DNA of 64,000 nt from Marsupella aquatica (GCA_973895155.1 OZ316893.1:12664359-12728358); one strand, 5' to 3'. Shown: positions 38,820-53,255, counted from the first letter of the stretch. Notes: generated from the sequence alone by a model not told the origin. Numbers and translations: made by a program.

Positions 38820-39704
38820 CTAGTCGAAACCCTTCATACTCTGATCGGACCTGTACTCCTCCACTGTTCTTAATTCCCGACGATCTCTTGTACTACCTGG
38901 CCGAAGTGTGGGAAATTGAATTTTCTTCAAGTCATCCTTGCTCTTCACTTTTGCCATGTGAGTACCATCGTCAAGTACCATGGTCTCTACTCGTAATTCC
39001 GTGATGAAAGGAACACCAAGAATAAGAGGATATGGAAGTTTTTCAAATACAAAGACATTGATAGCTTCTACCACATTCCCAAGTTTGATCATGATCTCGG
39101 GACATGCTCCCCACAAGGGATTTGCCCTTGTGCCCACTGAATTGACATTCCATTTGATGTCACAATCAATCTTCCAATGCCCTTTTTGGTATGTCTCTTT
39201 AGACATTAGATTCAACTCAGATCCTGAGTCTAGGAGTGCCCGAATTCCTCCTTCAGCACCAAGCAATTGCACCTCAATCTCCGGGCAAGCTCTTGCCCAA
39301 TACGGTCGGATTGTTTCCCGCAAGTCCACCTCATGTAGGGCTACATTGCCATGAATACCTGAAGTTGCTTCATGGTGACTCATGGTAGCACAAAATACAT
39401 TTCCCTCCAATTCTTCTTCTTCTTCTTCATCTTCTAGATCATCTTCATAGTCATAGCTAAGAATCTTGGCAGTTAGTGCATGAGGTCCCTCCTTGTAAAC
39501 CCTTTTTCTTCTTGCCCTATCCAAGATCTTGCCTTGTAAGTCTAAACGAAGACTTCCAAAAAGTTCTCCATTAGTGAACCCCCTAGCCTCTTGCTGCCAA
39601 AATTTCTTGGCAATCACTTCTGGATCAACAGTTTGCTCCACCTCTCTAGTAAGCAAATAGCCTGGGCTCTTCTTAGCACTTTTCTTTGGGGTGTCAGTAT
39701 CCAT
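38820..39704 (-). pseudogene. Gypsy aspartic protease region
   Basis: ALLDSGSELNLM and LILGVPF motifs. Confidence 0.88.
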
Positions 39705-39944
39705 TGAGCTTCCATGGGAGATTTCTTCTTGACTCTTGCTTGTGGACGCTTTAGGCTCCTCAAATCAAACTCCTTTCTCTTTGGCTTGACGTGTGAAGCG
39801 AGGTCCTGCTTCGGGTCTCTGTTGTTTTTCTCTCCTTTGGGTTTCTTCCATAGAAGTGCCTTCATACCTCCTCTTATCTTCCACAGCGGCATTCCATGCT
39901 GCTCCTACTTCCGCAGTGATAGAGTTGATCAACACAGGCACATC

Positions 39945-41030
39945 TTAACCGGATTTTCTCCGGATACTTTCCGCAAGTCTCTTCCTCTCAATAATATCAA
40001 GATGTTCTATGGAAGGCAGATCCTTCTTAACTTGAAGACTGAAGACAGAAGGATCACCATACATCGCTGCAGCACTAGAAACTTTCTCTCTCATTCTCTG
40101 TTCCACAATCTGCTTCATTCCTCCTCGGTTCACATTCATTGGTATTGGCTCTCCAGAATCAACAAATGCAATCTTTCCTTCCACAAACTTGACATGTCGA
40201 AGTCGCAATGCTTCTGTCAGTTCCCCACAATCCCTTCTGTGATGCTCCTTGCTATCACACCACAAACAATTCCAGTTTTTATTCAAGGTTGCTAGTGATG
40301 TTCCACCAGGGTTTTTGTTCTCCAAGGCTTGAATTGAAAGAGCAAGATTTGCTATCATGTCTGTCAATGATGCTATGTCGCCCCCTTCTGTGATGCTGCT
40401 TTTGACTTCTTTTTCTCCTCCATCAGTAGTGCTTTCTTCTCTGACTTTTCTCAAGTCTAGAATGGGAGCTTCCGCCTCTTGATCGACCTCCCTTCTCCTC
40501 CATTGCTTTGTCACCTTGTGGATTGCAGCTTCTGCTTGTTCCCAAGTGACTTCATCCGCATCTGGAGCAATAACATCTAGAGCATTGTCCAACTCTACCC
40601 TCAAAGATATATCAGCTGCACGGATCAAAAGACCCCCTCTTCTGAGACTGATTATTGTCAGATCCTTTGAAGATAGCTGATGGTAGCGCCTATTGAATTC
40701 CCTCAATAATTCTTGAGGTCCCAACTTCTTGTTTTTCTCTTGTACCCAACCAAGGAACGTGGCTACAGTAACTCGATCTGGATCTTCAAATCGAAACTCC
40801 TCTCTCACCCTCATTTCAAATGTTTTCCAATCCTCTTTGGCTCCTTTAGCAATCTTGGTGATGATGTCTTTCAATTCTGATTCCACCAATGATGCAAATT
40901 CATGAATGGCAACCTTCTCACTGATCTTGTGGATGGCTACCTCTATCCAATACTCTTTTAAGTACCGGGTTGCTCTTCTCCCGTCGAACTGCCCAAACTT
41001 TGCTAACAAAGCTTGTAAGCACTTGGTCAT
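39945..41030 (-). pseudogene. Gypsy gag with CCHC zinc knuckle
   Basis: GQFDGRRATRYL, CLWCDSKEHHRRDC; premature stops on both sides. Confidence 0.85.
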
Positions 41031-41224
41031 ACGACTTGCTTCCTCCTTCTTCTGGTTCTCAGGTGCCTCTCTTCATGCTTTGGCCTCCATCAAACTCATA
41101 AACATCTCAGTCATCTCTTTCATAGTTCCTCCTACCATTGTGAACAACTTCTCCTTTGCTTCTATTTTCTATCAAGCTTCTTCTCTCGTCAATATCCTTT
41201 TATCTTTGACACTAGCCTCAAGTT

Positions 41225-41242
41225 TCCCCAGTATGGTCGCCA
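41225..41242 (-). promoter_or_regulatory. Primer-binding site
   Basis: TGGCGACCATACTGGGGA, 3 nt after the 5' LTR end. Confidence 0.7.
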
Positions 41243-41245
41243 ACA

Positions 41246-42857
41246 TGTCTGGGGGGAAAATGTGGTTCTTGAGGAAGCACCGGGCCTATGGCTGCTAGTG
41301 TCAAGAGAGAACTTAAGTTAAGATCATGATTACTATTCTAGACTGGGTAGCAGACACCACAAGGAACGGTTTCGTGGATGAAAGCACAACATCATAACCC
41401 TTTTCTCCATACCTACGGACTATTGCCTCCTTGGTAGCTACCTTGGGTCAAGTTACAAAACAAATATCTCCCAACGAGAAAGAAACGGGAGGCTCATCGG
41501 ATGGAGGTTTGTTGAGATCCATCTCAATACAAGATAAAAATTGTGCAAACCCAATCCTACCCGTAAACTACATAAGGGTATACAATTGGCTCTATTGAAT
41601 TTAACACCGCAGTTGCAAATGCTTCTCCAAAGTGAAAAGTCATATGCTGACGCATTATCTCTTTTTGGAGTACATGAATTCTAATAAGGAAAGGATTAGA
41701 GAGAGGAAGAATAGGTACTGGTCTGGGCATTATCGTACTATCAAATATTCCATCCAACTAATTTTCATTCTAATGACAAGATATAGAATCATTCAATGAA
41801 AAGATCATTCATTTCAAACAAATACCATGCATTGAGTTAACTCTAAGTATATACATGCAGATGTTTGTCTTAATAGGTTGATCTTCTTTTGAATGAAATA
41901 CTATCTGAAGGTCCAACTCATACAAAATATCTCTGGCCGAGCCGAAGCTCTAAGCAAGAGTGCATGAGTGGGTCTACTTCATAAGGATTTCACCCAAAAG
42001 GGAGCATATGATGTCAAGGCATTGTTGAGCACTTTCCAACTCTTTAGAACTTAATAACCATCTCCTATCAAATGACAACACTTTCTGAAGGTCCGACTCA
42101 TACAAAATATCCCTGGCCGAGCCGAAGCTCTAAGCAAGAGTGCATGAGTGGGTCTACTTCATAAGGGTTATATCCATAGAAGAGATCATCAAGTCCAATA
42201 GATTTTTAAGACTTCACAACTTAGTTGATGAAAAAAGGGGGGTGAGGGGAGAGAGCCCCTCTCCTCTTTATTTATAGTGCTCACACCTCAAGCACACGGA
42301 TCAAGCATGGCACACGGATGGAAGCCATGTATCACACATCCAAGGCAAGTAAGTGTGCTAGTACTGTAGTTACGTGAGTGGAGCAACTGTAGACAGTACA
42401 CTGTAATATGCACACTATAGACCGTACACTGTAGATCGTACACTGTAGCATGCACACTGTAGATCGTACACTGTAGCATGCATACTGTAGATGATACACT
42501 GTAACATGCACACTGTAGACCGTACACTGTAGCATGCATACTGTAGATTGTACACTATAGCATGCATATTGTAGATCGTACACTGTAACATGCACACTGT
42601 AGATCGTACACTGTAGCATGCACACTGTATATCGTACACTATAGCATGCACACTATAGGTCTTGCACTGTAGCATGCACACTGTAGATCGAATCAATATA
42701 GCATGCCTACTGTAGACCGTGTACTATAGCATGCACACTGTAGGTTGTGCACTGTAGCATGCACACTATAGATTGCATATGCGAGAATTTAAACTACTAT
42801 CCTATACTACTAAGCTATACTTAGGAGGAACTTACTAAACAAAGAATCCCCACGACA
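41246..42857 (-). mobile_element. 5' LTR of the gypsy element; contains ORF pair 41730-41313
   Basis: TG...CA ends, preceded by CCGC in element orientation, followed by the PBS and gag. Confidence 0.95.
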
Positions 42858-44291
42858 GCGGGATGACCATTCCAGGTCCAATAACTAAGGTGGGTCTAGC
42901 AAGTGTGCAACACATTAGCAACGGGGAAGGTTTAGAGTATAGACATGATTAGACAGAGAGGTCATCCGTTGAAGACAAATGCCAAATATAGTTATCGGCA
43001 TTATCTTATCGGATCGACCCCACTTAGCGTATATAGAATCTTAGGATAGGACACGCCATTTTGTGATCTGACAATTAGAGAAACCTAGGATAGGTTAGAC
43101 TTGGCGTTGTGACCGTTCATGGCCATAGCCCTTAGAAAATATTTAGTGCACCCCCTCGTAGAGGCAATGGGATTTTAGGTTTAGAATCGGGTATCCACAG
43201 AATGTGCGAGAGTCCCGGCCAGTCGCGGAACTCGACTACCTTAACACTTAGCTCCGGCGTCGCTGACTCCGACGCCGAGCTCCCTTATGGTCCAGGCCCA
43301 AATAGGCCATCCCAGGAGGACTCAGCATGGGGAGACTTGTGAGCGACGAGACGTGTCGCTAGCGAAGGCAAGGAGCCAAGCTGGTGACACCACTAGTAGA
43401 AACCGGGGGGTATTTAGACCCCATTAAACGACTATTCAATACCGTATAGGACTTGGAAACGACTGGGAAGGACTCTAGTCCTTTATAGGACTGCGAGTCG
43501 TATGTTTTGTTACTATAATCAACTGAGTCCTTTATAGAACTGGTTTATAAGTCGTTTAATAGACTGGATTTTCAGTCTATTTTAGTCTTTGTGTGGGTAG
43601 CTTTGGTGAGTCTTTTTCAGTCTTTTATGGGCTGCGATGGTGAGTCGTTGGGAACAACTCAAAAGGTTATGGAGGGTAGTCTTTAAATATACTTTGTGGG
43701 TTTATAAAATGACTAAAGTAGACACTTTGTGGGGGTTTATAAAACGACTCAAGTAGACACTTTGTGGGGTATGTACAAGTCTTTCATGTCAACTGGAAAT
43801 GAGTGATGAAGACCCCACTATACTACTTGGAATGAACTCACTCTTGTGCACAAATAACACATTTCATTCATGTTTTATTGTGTACTTGGAATGAACTCAC
43901 TCTATAAGGTCACCATTCACCATGTTAACATTAGAACCTCACACAAATTTTCAGAAAGCCATCTTCTATACCATGTACACTAATATGAATTCACAGATTC
44001 AAACATCATAGACTACAAAGAAGGTCACAAAGCATTCGTCTATACCATACACACTAATACTGAATTGATACAAAACAGATTCAAGTATCATAGACAATCA
44101 CCATAGAGCCATAGTTTGACATCAATCACTTGTTTCATACATACAAAATTCAGAAATATCAATGTCACACACAACGGCTCCTTCATCCTCTTTACCAAAT
44201 GGAAAAATTGGTACAGATATTTCTTGGATTTTTCCAAGGCAATGTCAAAATGTAACACAATTCACATGATTCTATCTACACTTGTATTCAG

Positions 44292-47200
44292 TCACTGCAG
44301 ACTAACACACTCTGATGGCCAGAGCACAAGAGATCCTACTGCATCTGCAATTATTTCTTGAGGTGGATCATCGTCTCTATTCGGAAATGGCAAATTACAA
44401 TCAGATACAATCACTGTAGTCAACAACACTACTACATGGTCATCCGGGACCACTTTGCCATGGAATTTAGCATGATCCGGTCGCAAAATGCCTGTACCCA
44501 CACATACCTGCGAGTCATTCTCCCATGATAGAAGATTATGGACTGGCTCTGCTGTGGCTATCACCTCCACCTTACCCTGGCTGTTTTTCTTGGCTTTCCT
44601 GGGTGGCTTATACATGACATTATTCATACCTTGGTTGCGAGTCATGACTTTGGCACGAGTGTTTTGTGCTGGTGATCGAGAATTGGCTACACTCTTCTTC
44701 AAAGAATCTGCATCCATATTTGACACTTCCGATTGTGTAGCAGGATTTCCCTGCGACATCATCTCAGTATCTGCTAACATTGTACTTGCTTCAATTGAAG
44801 CATCTACAATCTTACTTGCATCCAATGTTGCTCCCAAGTTTCGACGTCGCTTCACCCTGCTCCCACTTGGTTGAGAGTCTGTCAACTCTGCATCAACTAC
44901 AATTCAATGCATTGTCCAACATAAGTGAATCACTCATCACATGTGCGCCATGTACATGTCACCATCCACAAAGTTGTCACTATCTCCTTACCATTATGAA
45001 CAGCCTTCTTCCCCTTCTTTGCCATTGCCATATCCTCCATGTCTGCTTCTGCTGATCAATAAACAGACCACAAGATTCAGGTTCAATCTATTAACCACTG
45101 AATTGTTTCTCAACAATGGTAGGAGAGGAATTTAAAGCATCAGCTTACCTGATACCTCCTTGGCTATGGTCACTGAGGCACTGGGCACATCTTTTTCATT
45201 GCTCTTTGAATCACCTGATACATCAATCATGATGTCACTTCAATTCCCAGTTTATCCAACCAATTCTTACAGAAAAGATTACCTCCAACCGGCTTAAGCT
45301 TCACAAAACTCCATGCACTTTTCAAATGTAATGTACTGGATCATAGCAGGTTACCTGTCTCAGCAACCTTTTTGCCATTCTGCTTACCGATTACAGGGTC
45401 CAGGTTCTCTGCCTCCACTCTTCCTGCATTCAAACCATTCACTCAATTCATGAAAACTTACTTCTAACATTTGAACATAGGACACAATGAACAATGGGCC
45501 TCTCTTGTTTCAAAATCCTCATTGCATACCTGTGTCAGATTTGCCAATTCCCTTTTTTGTTAACAAGGGCACACTTTGTACAATGTTGCCCTCATTGTTT
45601 GGTTGGGAACCACCCAATTTTTCAATCACAAGCTTGAAATTAGATTCCACTGATGCAAGAAGGTTCGCTACAGATGCCTCCACAATATCCAAACGATCAG
45701 CCAATTTACTTTCCACTCGAGGGAGTCCACACTCTAATGACTTCAACCGTTCAGACATCTTTGTGAGAGTTGTAACAGTTCCCTGTCATAACACAGTTTA
45801 CATATCTCAGATAATTGTCCCCAAGAACTGGTTGCTTACTTCCTACTACAATTCTTTCTGATGCTCAAGGCCAAATAGTCACAGAACATATAGAATTACA
45901 ACATAATCACCTGTTTGGAAGTCACACTTGTCACCTCACTCCTTTGTTTCATGAACTCCTCTCTCACTTCTTGTGCTGATGGTTCTTCACCTGTCAATTT
46001 CTTCTGCAGTCCACATCAACATACATATGAATGAAACCAAGTGTTGATTGTCAATGAAAATGTAATAATGGTAGCAAGATGATAAGTTTGAGGCTTACTA
46101 TTAGGCATGTCACTGCCTTACCAATTGTTCTTTCACTGGAGCATAACTTCCTCTCCCAGCCTGTGAAAGGTGTTTCACTTTGCCTCGAGCATTTGACATC
46201 AGTTCACTCTTGCTCTGTCCAGCCTCCGACATGAACCCTTTGATTAACCGTGTCCATTGATCCAGTTCCAATGATGGGGGTGGTGGCATTCTCCTGTTAG
46301 AACCATTGTCTATCCACATCCTTTTCAACCTATGCCTCTCTTGTTTCAAAATCCTCATTGCATAATCTGATATGCAATCTTCAACTGGGCCCTTACCATC
46401 ATTACCAACATAGTCCCACCGTTCAAGAATGTCCTTGCAGATAGCAGCCCAATCAGCTTTGTTCTGACTCCTAAACTCTGTAATGCTCAAATCTAACCAA
46501 CGCAATACTTCTCCTCTTAGGTCAGAATGCCAACGGTTCTTACCATCACATGTGGGAGTTATCCAACCTTCGGAATTCACTTCTACTTTACCAAATTTGT
46601 TACTGTCTCCTGCCTTGGTACTCCCTGAAGCGCTACTAGGTGTCCCTCCACGGCCTGGTGTCCCCCCACGGCCTGGGGTCCCTCCACGGCCTGATCTCCC
46701 CCCACGGCCTGGATTGCATTGTCCAAACCTCCCTGGAGTCCCTGCACATTTACAGGATCCATTTACAGTCACTTACATTAGGTAAGTATGAATCATAAAT
46801 CCTGCTGCCAAATATACACTGGACTTCAGAGCAATTCTGCAATGACCAAGTTACCTCTCCCTTGGCGCATAGATGGTTCTGGACCACCTGTCCTATTGCT
46901 TTGTCTTGATGAATTAGGGCCGTTTCTCCCGCCTGTGAATGATTGCCGCCTATCTGAACGTGGATGGCCTTTGTTGTTTTCGTGATTGTCCCAATCAGAG
47001 TCTGCATACCAACAGGTACATGCCACACTCATGGACCTGTAAGATAAACTCTTTGCCCTAGCTACACATCAGATAAGTCCATATTGAGCTAAATCTCTAC
47101 TACCATCACAAAATCACTAGCATAAGGCACTTACTTGTCCAATCATCCTCCTCACCTGTCCATTGCCCTCTGTACCCGTCTCTACCACGCTCTGGGTGTT

Positions 47201-47477
47201 CATATTCATCCCATCCATCTTCTGCTCCATCATAGTCATCATCATAATTATCAGGCGTCCCTTGCCAATAACTCTGGCTCCTTCTAGGGTATGGATTATG
47301 TGATTTCTCTCTAGCTGCCCACCTACCTGGGACTTGATGAGGGCCCTGTGCATCCTGCACAGGTGCATTTTTCTGTGAGCCCCCTGCATCTGGGTCTCCA
47401 TCCATATCCAATCTTTCCTCTTCACCCCACTCTCCAAGCCCCATGTCTGTCTCCATGTCATCACCCTCTTCCCCCAT
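44292..47477 (-). CDS. Multi-exon TnpA-like (Ptta/En-Spm) protein
   Basis: Lies downstream of TnpD. Exon ORFs 47477-47130, 46772-46120 (QWTRLIKGFMSEAGQSKSELMSNARGKVKHLSQAGRGSY), 45758-45519 and 44885-44292 (FHGKVVPDDHVVV...GSLVLWP). Exon structure is approximate. Confidence 0.65.
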
Positions 47478-47654
47478 AGCTTCTGCACAGCACCCACAAC
47501 CAAACAGGGAGAATCAGCACACTAAATTCAAAGTATCAATCAATTTCATGCATATCCAACTATCCTAAACATCATTCCAGGCAGCAATTCCCGTTCTGTG
47601 ACTCTGTGCAGGTAGTCATCCTCAACCTCATACTTGCCAATCGCCAGCTGTTGC

Positions 47655-50600
47655 CTATTGCAAATCATTAACCTCATCATATTCCATTTGCCCAGGTTCA
47701 TCATATGTCTCTCTCAATGTTAAGGGGATGTAGTCAGTCCCTGCCCGAGTTGGAAGTACAGTCTCATGACTAGGATGCTCGAATGCAGCATGGTCATCCA
47801 AACTGAACTCTACTTTACTTCCATCCATCCGCCTGTTCCGTGCTTGGCTATGGCATACCACCCTCCAGCCATGTGACTCCTCCACATCTGCAAAGAAAGC
47901 CTGTTCAACTTGGCTAGGGAAAACAAAAGGCTCAGACCATTATGGTACTCTGGACCTAAAATTGGCCAACAAGAACCCATCATGATCACGCTTCATGGTG
48001 GCCCTTGGTCTCTGCCACTCTGATTTCACCCATGATCCCTTCATCAATATCACTGGGACACTTGTGTTACCATAATTCAACACCCAAATGTCGGTCAACT
48101 CCCCCACGTAACCCATCTTCATCCACCCCCTCTGTTCTTCAGAGGTTCTCTGCTCAAACACAGAAATCAAACCACAATCATATGATACACAATGGTCACC
48201 CTGCTCATCCCTCACTCGATAATGATTTCCATAAGCTCTCATCCGTTTGTAGGTCAGAATAGACAATCGTGGTGGCACAGATAGAAGATACAAATCCTTC
48301 TCCATATCTGGGTGATGTCTACTATGCTCTCGAATTGTCACCCGAATCCACTGCTCGAACTGTGGGAAGGGATCCTGCTGCCCAGAGTGTGCAGCTTTTT
48401 GCATATCATATTCCCTGCAATATGAGGTACAGGCATAGTTAGGTCTAAACAACACATGACAACCTAAGATCACCCTTGGAACAGACAAGAAGCATCACAA
48501 CAAAGGCAAGTCAATTCAATCACTCACCTCCACCATGGTTGCATAGGCTCTGTGTTTGCCAGCACATATGAATGAGCCTTGTCTCGAATCGCAACAGGCA
48601 GCTGAACAGCACGTCCCACACCTTCAACAACCTCGCCACTCACTCCATCATCTTCACCAGATTTCCAAACTCTTGTCATAGCTTCACCAGACCCAGCCAT
48701 GTACTCTGTTAGGAATCCCAACGTCTCATCCTTAATGTACCCCAATGCCATGGAAGCCTCTGGCCTGTAGTATGTTCTCACATGACCTTTCAACAACTTC
48801 ATGTATCGCTCCATAGGGTACATCCATCTGGTACTGACTGGCCCATACTGCCCTAGCTCTTCTACCACATGGATTAGGAGATGAGTCATAACATCAAAGA
48901 AAGCAGGGGGGAAGTATATCTCCAAGTCACAGAGGACATAAGCAGCATCCTGCTTCAACTGCTCCAATCCTTGGGGATCCCACACTTTCACACATATACG
49001 GCGAAATACATTGCACAGTCGAAGAATGACATTACGGACTGGTTTCTGCATGAGACCTCTGAGGCATAGGGGCAGAATGTGCTGCATCAACACATGGTAG
49101 TCATGTGTTTTCATACTGCCAAGTTTATTCTTTGTAATATGCTTCTTGAAGGCACCAGCATAGCCAGAGGGCACTTTCAGACAGCTCAATCTATACAAGA
49201 ATGTCTTCCATTCATCCTGTGTGCACACATAGGGAGCTTGGAACTTGAGAAGTACATTGGGATTGCTTGCATGGGGCTTCAACCAAAGGTGAGGGCGAAT
49301 CCCCTTCTGTTGCATATCAGCTCGAACTGCTCCTGTATCTTTCTCACCCGACAAGAACTTCAGCAAGCTCTCACAAATATTTTTCTCAATGTGCATGACG
49401 TCCACATTGTGTTTGCTGGGCTCGAATTCCTGCACTCCACAAAGCAAAGAATTCAACAACAGAAACACTAATTAACCACATAGGAGGATTGTAACCAACA
49501 TCAATCCACCATTGCTCCAATCTAAAATTGCAATCATACAGGGGCTGGAGGCTAAGTACATTACCCTCTAGTACTCCAACTCCAAGTCCATCAAGGTCTG
49601 TCTTTTCACACCGTGTTTCACCACTGGATCCTCAGGTTCTCGATCAGTGGCACTTCTCTTGTCCCAATCAGCCTTCCTGGCTGCCCACCTCAGGACTTGC
49701 TCTCTGGTGACCCTCTGTGGTGGGCCACGAAGCTTTGTTTTGTTGTTGAAGTGTGCAATTTGAGACCGTGTGTGCCTGTAAGGATGATCAACAGGCAGAT
49801 ACCTTCTATGCCCCTGAAATTTCATACTGTGCAGGGCATGCGACCACTCACTTGTCACATTTTTCCCACATGGTGTGCACCCCACATAGCCCTTTGTCAC
49901 TCGTCCAGATATGATGCCATGGCCTGGGTAATCTGCTATATCCAGCAAACAAATTGCATGCAGTCTAAAGGGGCTGGGTCGAAGAAGCCCCTTCAGAACA
50001 TCATGGGTTAACACCCCTTCTATCCACAAAGTCTTCCACTCTTCCACTGCTGGAGCCAACATGATATCTATGAATTGCTCGGTCACAGAAGCTGGTCCAG
50101 GGATTAACAGCACCATCATGACAAAAAACCTCTTTGTAGTCATCCATGGGGGAAGGTTGTAATTTAGCAGCGTAACCGGCCAACATGAATAACGGTTGTT
50201 TTTGTCTCCAAATGGGTTTACTCCATCCAGTGATAGACCAAATCGAAAGTTCCGCTTCTCTGCAGCAAACTGTGGCCACCTCTCATCAACAAATTTCCAA
50301 TGGTTGGAATCTCCAATGTGACGCTGCAGGCCATCACTGCTCTTGTTATCAGGAGTCCATGTCATCAGCTTGGAAATGGCAGGGCATCTAAACAGACGTT
50401 GTAGTCTAGGAATGAGAGGAAAATGACGAAGAACCTTGGCAGGGTGTGTACATTTCCCTACATTCTTGTACCTGTGCTTACCACAATGAGGGCATGTCAA
50501 TTTATCTGCATGCTCTTTGCGAAAGAGAACACACCCATCAGGGCATGCGTCAATAGACACATAGTTCAGCCCAAGGTTAGACATCAATTTCCTAGCCTCG

Positions 50601-51355
50601 TACATATTTTTTGGAATTGAATTACCATCTGGTAACACATTTCGGCGCAGGAAGGTCAACAACTCTGTCACAAATATATTGGGAACATTGTGATTGCCAC
50701 AGATGTTCAACAACAACACGACAAAACCCAGCTTGGAGCAGTTCGACCCCTCGTAGATAGGAATGCAAGCTTCTTTGATGTGTTTTGGGCCCCCAAACAC
50801 CCACTCCCTCTCTGCTGCACCTTCCCCAATGTCAAAGTCAGGTTCAGCTTGGCCGTCGCCAATGTGTGGCTGCGGTTCATTGTCCTCTTCTGATTCCACT
50901 GTGTCGTAAAAAGCATCAAGGTCTTCAAAAATCTCTTGAACCATTCTTGGGACATCCATCCCACCGTCCTCAGTGACTGCCTCTGCATCTCCATCTTGGT
51001 CATCCACGTTCTCATGTTGGACCCCAGGACCATCCTCTGCACAGTCTATGTCCTGCTCTACGTAGTCTCTACGCCTAGCTGTATTAGAATCCACAAAGTC
51101 AGCTCTCCACTCTTCATCAGAGGAGTCTTCTTCTGCTGGTACATTCCAAACCCTCCACCGAGGGTGCCTTTCATGCCGCAGCAGGTGAAGGTGCACAGTG
51201 TTCAAACTCAATGACTTGAATCCTTGGCACTGTGTGCATGGGCATCTCATCCTCCTACTCCTACCTTGGGCGGCCCGGGCTTGTTCACGCATCCACAATT
51301 TAGAATCATGATGCCTAATCCTAAATGGGTTGTGAAGAGGCAACCTTGGAGCCAT
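47655..51355 (-). pseudogene. tnpD: CACTA TnpD transposase (Transposase_21 / DUF4218 / DUF4216 type)
   Basis: IDACPDGCVLF, LRHFPLIPRLQRLF, LSLDGVNPF, YNLPPW, DVMHIEKNICE, MKTHDYH, RWMYPMERYM. Introns at about 49564-49431 and 48527-48416. Premature stops at 49568 (W to TAG) and 47940. Confidence 0.93.
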
Positions 51356-51681
51356 CACTATACACACGCACTCAGCACCCTGTCATTTTATTATGCAAGT
51401 GAAAAATACACTTCCTGTTAAGGATTTCACCCCCGACTGTACTTGCCAAAATACGTAACGTTCCAAAAAAACAAAAAAACAAAAAATATAGGTGCCTGAG
51501 TCATGTACCTATTCTCAAGTGAATGAGACAAAATTCCTAAATGTTTGAGGATGTCAACTCCTCCGCTGTCCTCACATGTACTGCCTCTGCACGTACATCC
51601 ATGACCATATCAGAGTCCAATCATGTATAGTCATAGACACAGGTGCCAGGTGCGAGACCGGTGTGAGATGTCCTCATCTTA

Positions 51682-52251
51682 CTACCACATCAAATACGGA
51701 TACCAATCTTGTTGTCGATGCCACTCAGCCCTGAGGTACTCAGGCATGTACATTAAGTCATCAAGGTCTAAACCCTGCTCATGCCATGGTGGTCTTCGAT
51801 CCATGCCTACAAGCAGTGGCAGCAGTGCCCTCCATGGTGCACATGTTGCTACCAAGTCCCTCCACTGGGTACTAATTAGTCTATATTTGCAGATATCTTG
51901 TGCGCCAGACACCACAAGAACCCTCGGCCAGACATGTGTAAGAACTATATCATCTGCCAAATCAGACAACAAGGAACCACCTACAGCATCGTGCTTGTCT
52001 AACTCATCTGCTGAAAAGTAAATGTCCTCTTCCGACTGTGCATCCTCATTCACCACAGCATTCACAACACATCCAAGGTCTGCAGGCATTATCTCGGATG
52101 GAGCTACACTCTGTCTGGTTACCAATCCACACAAGTAAGCCCAAGCAGTAGCCATGCACGATGCAACCCGTAGGAGGACCCTACACAGGGCCTGACGGTC
52201 TGGAAGAGGCAGCATACCCACCAAAGTCTTCAGCCAAACAGAGCCCAGCAA
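51682..52251 (-). CDS. F-box-like small protein (CACTA cargo)
   Basis: LLSDLADDIVLTHVWPRV...ICKYRLISTQWRDLV...PW follows the F-box spacing. Confidence 0.55.
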   Translation of the reverse strand: MLGSVWLKTLVGMLPLPDRQALCRVLLRVASCMATAWAYLCGLVTRQSVAPSEIMPADLGCVVNAVVNEDAQSEEDIYFSADELDKHDAVGGSLLSDLADDIVLTHVWPRVLVVSGAQDICKYRLISTQWRDLVATCAPWRALLPLLVGMDRRPPWHEQGLDLDDLMYMPEYLRAEWHRQQDWYPYLMW

Positions 52252-52391
52252 GTAGATTCACAGTCACACCCCACGCAGCAGGAAACAACAATCACTTCAA
52301 CTGCGACCAACCATGACAAGATGAGTTAGTTCAAGGATCACATTTATTACAAAATTGTGATTTATACAAAAATATGAGGGACTCCTACTCC

Positions 52392-53255
52392 TCACTCTCT
52401 CCCACCTTTGCTAAGCATACATCTCCGCTGAATCTTGGAGGGCCAGGCCTCAAAAATATCAAAGTCCCAAGCATTCTGTCGCTTCCCTCTAGCTGCTGAT
52501 TCCAGAAGCCAATCAGGGGAAAGCACCCAAAGATTGTTGTTCATGACAAAATCACGCACTGTTGTCTTAAAGAATTTTCTGCATATTTTCATGTATGACA
52601 GACCTACAACATGAGTGGAGGTTTCTGTTAGACTCTCCTCCACTGTCCCACCTAGCTCAACAACTATAGACTTGTACAGTCTGCACTTAGTCTCCCCAAT
52701 TCCTTCTTCTGCAAATACCACACTGAACCCCTTCATAATGGTATTTCTCTCCTTGCCATGCTCATTCAATATAGCATCTGCACGCATAGGATGGTGTCCT
52801 ATGTTGACAACAGGTCCATATTGGACAGAAGCAAAGTTGGGTTTCTCTGCCGCTGCTTCATAGGCTTCCTTTTCAGCCAAAGCCTCTGCAGTGGCCTCCT
52901 CACTCTCCCACAACTCATATTGCTCAGTACTCTGTACACACCTATGTTTAACAGAATCGGTCAGCCAAGAGACTTCAACTACTTTTAGACCTTGGTTGGT
53001 AATGGCAGAATCAATGAAGGACCATGACCACTTGTTCATCACATCCAGCCATGTCCCCGCAACAACATGTGTAGTCTGTGGAGTGATGTCCTTGACTTCA
53101 GTCCCATGGAACTCTGAGAATCGTTTTTGTACGATTGGCCAACTCACTTGGGTGAACCCATAGTGGCCAGGAATCAAAATGGCTTTGATTCCAGCCAACA
53201 GAGGCGGGTGGTCAACATTTGTACGTTTCCTAGAGGCCATGTACACACGGGCCAC
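52392..53255 (-). CDS. Tandem BRCT-domain protein (CACTA cargo)
   Basis: Two repeats: ITPQTTHVVAG...VVEVSWLTDSV and LGGTVEESLTETSTHVVG...VLSPDWLLESA. Intact and intronless. Confidence 0.8.
   Translation of the reverse strand: MARVYMASRKRTNVDHPPLLAGIKAILIPGHYGFTQVSWPIVQKRFSEFHGTEVKDITPQTTHVVAGTWLDVMNKWSWSFIDSAITNQGLKVVEVSWLTDSVKHRCVQSTEQYELWESEEATAEALAEKEAYEAAAEKPNFASVQYGPVVNIGHHPMRADAILNEHGKERNTIMKGFSVVFAEEGIGETKCRLYKSIVVELGGTVEESLTETSTHVVGLSYMKICRKFFKTTVRDFVMNNNLWVLSPDWLLESAARGKRQNAWDFDIFEAWPSKIQRRCMLSKGGRE

Noticed and set aside
23071-42857. Giant TIR or DIRS-like element with 1.6-kb inverted repeats
   Set aside because: PBS, PPT, TSD and the split RT show ordinary LTRs reoriented by an inversion.
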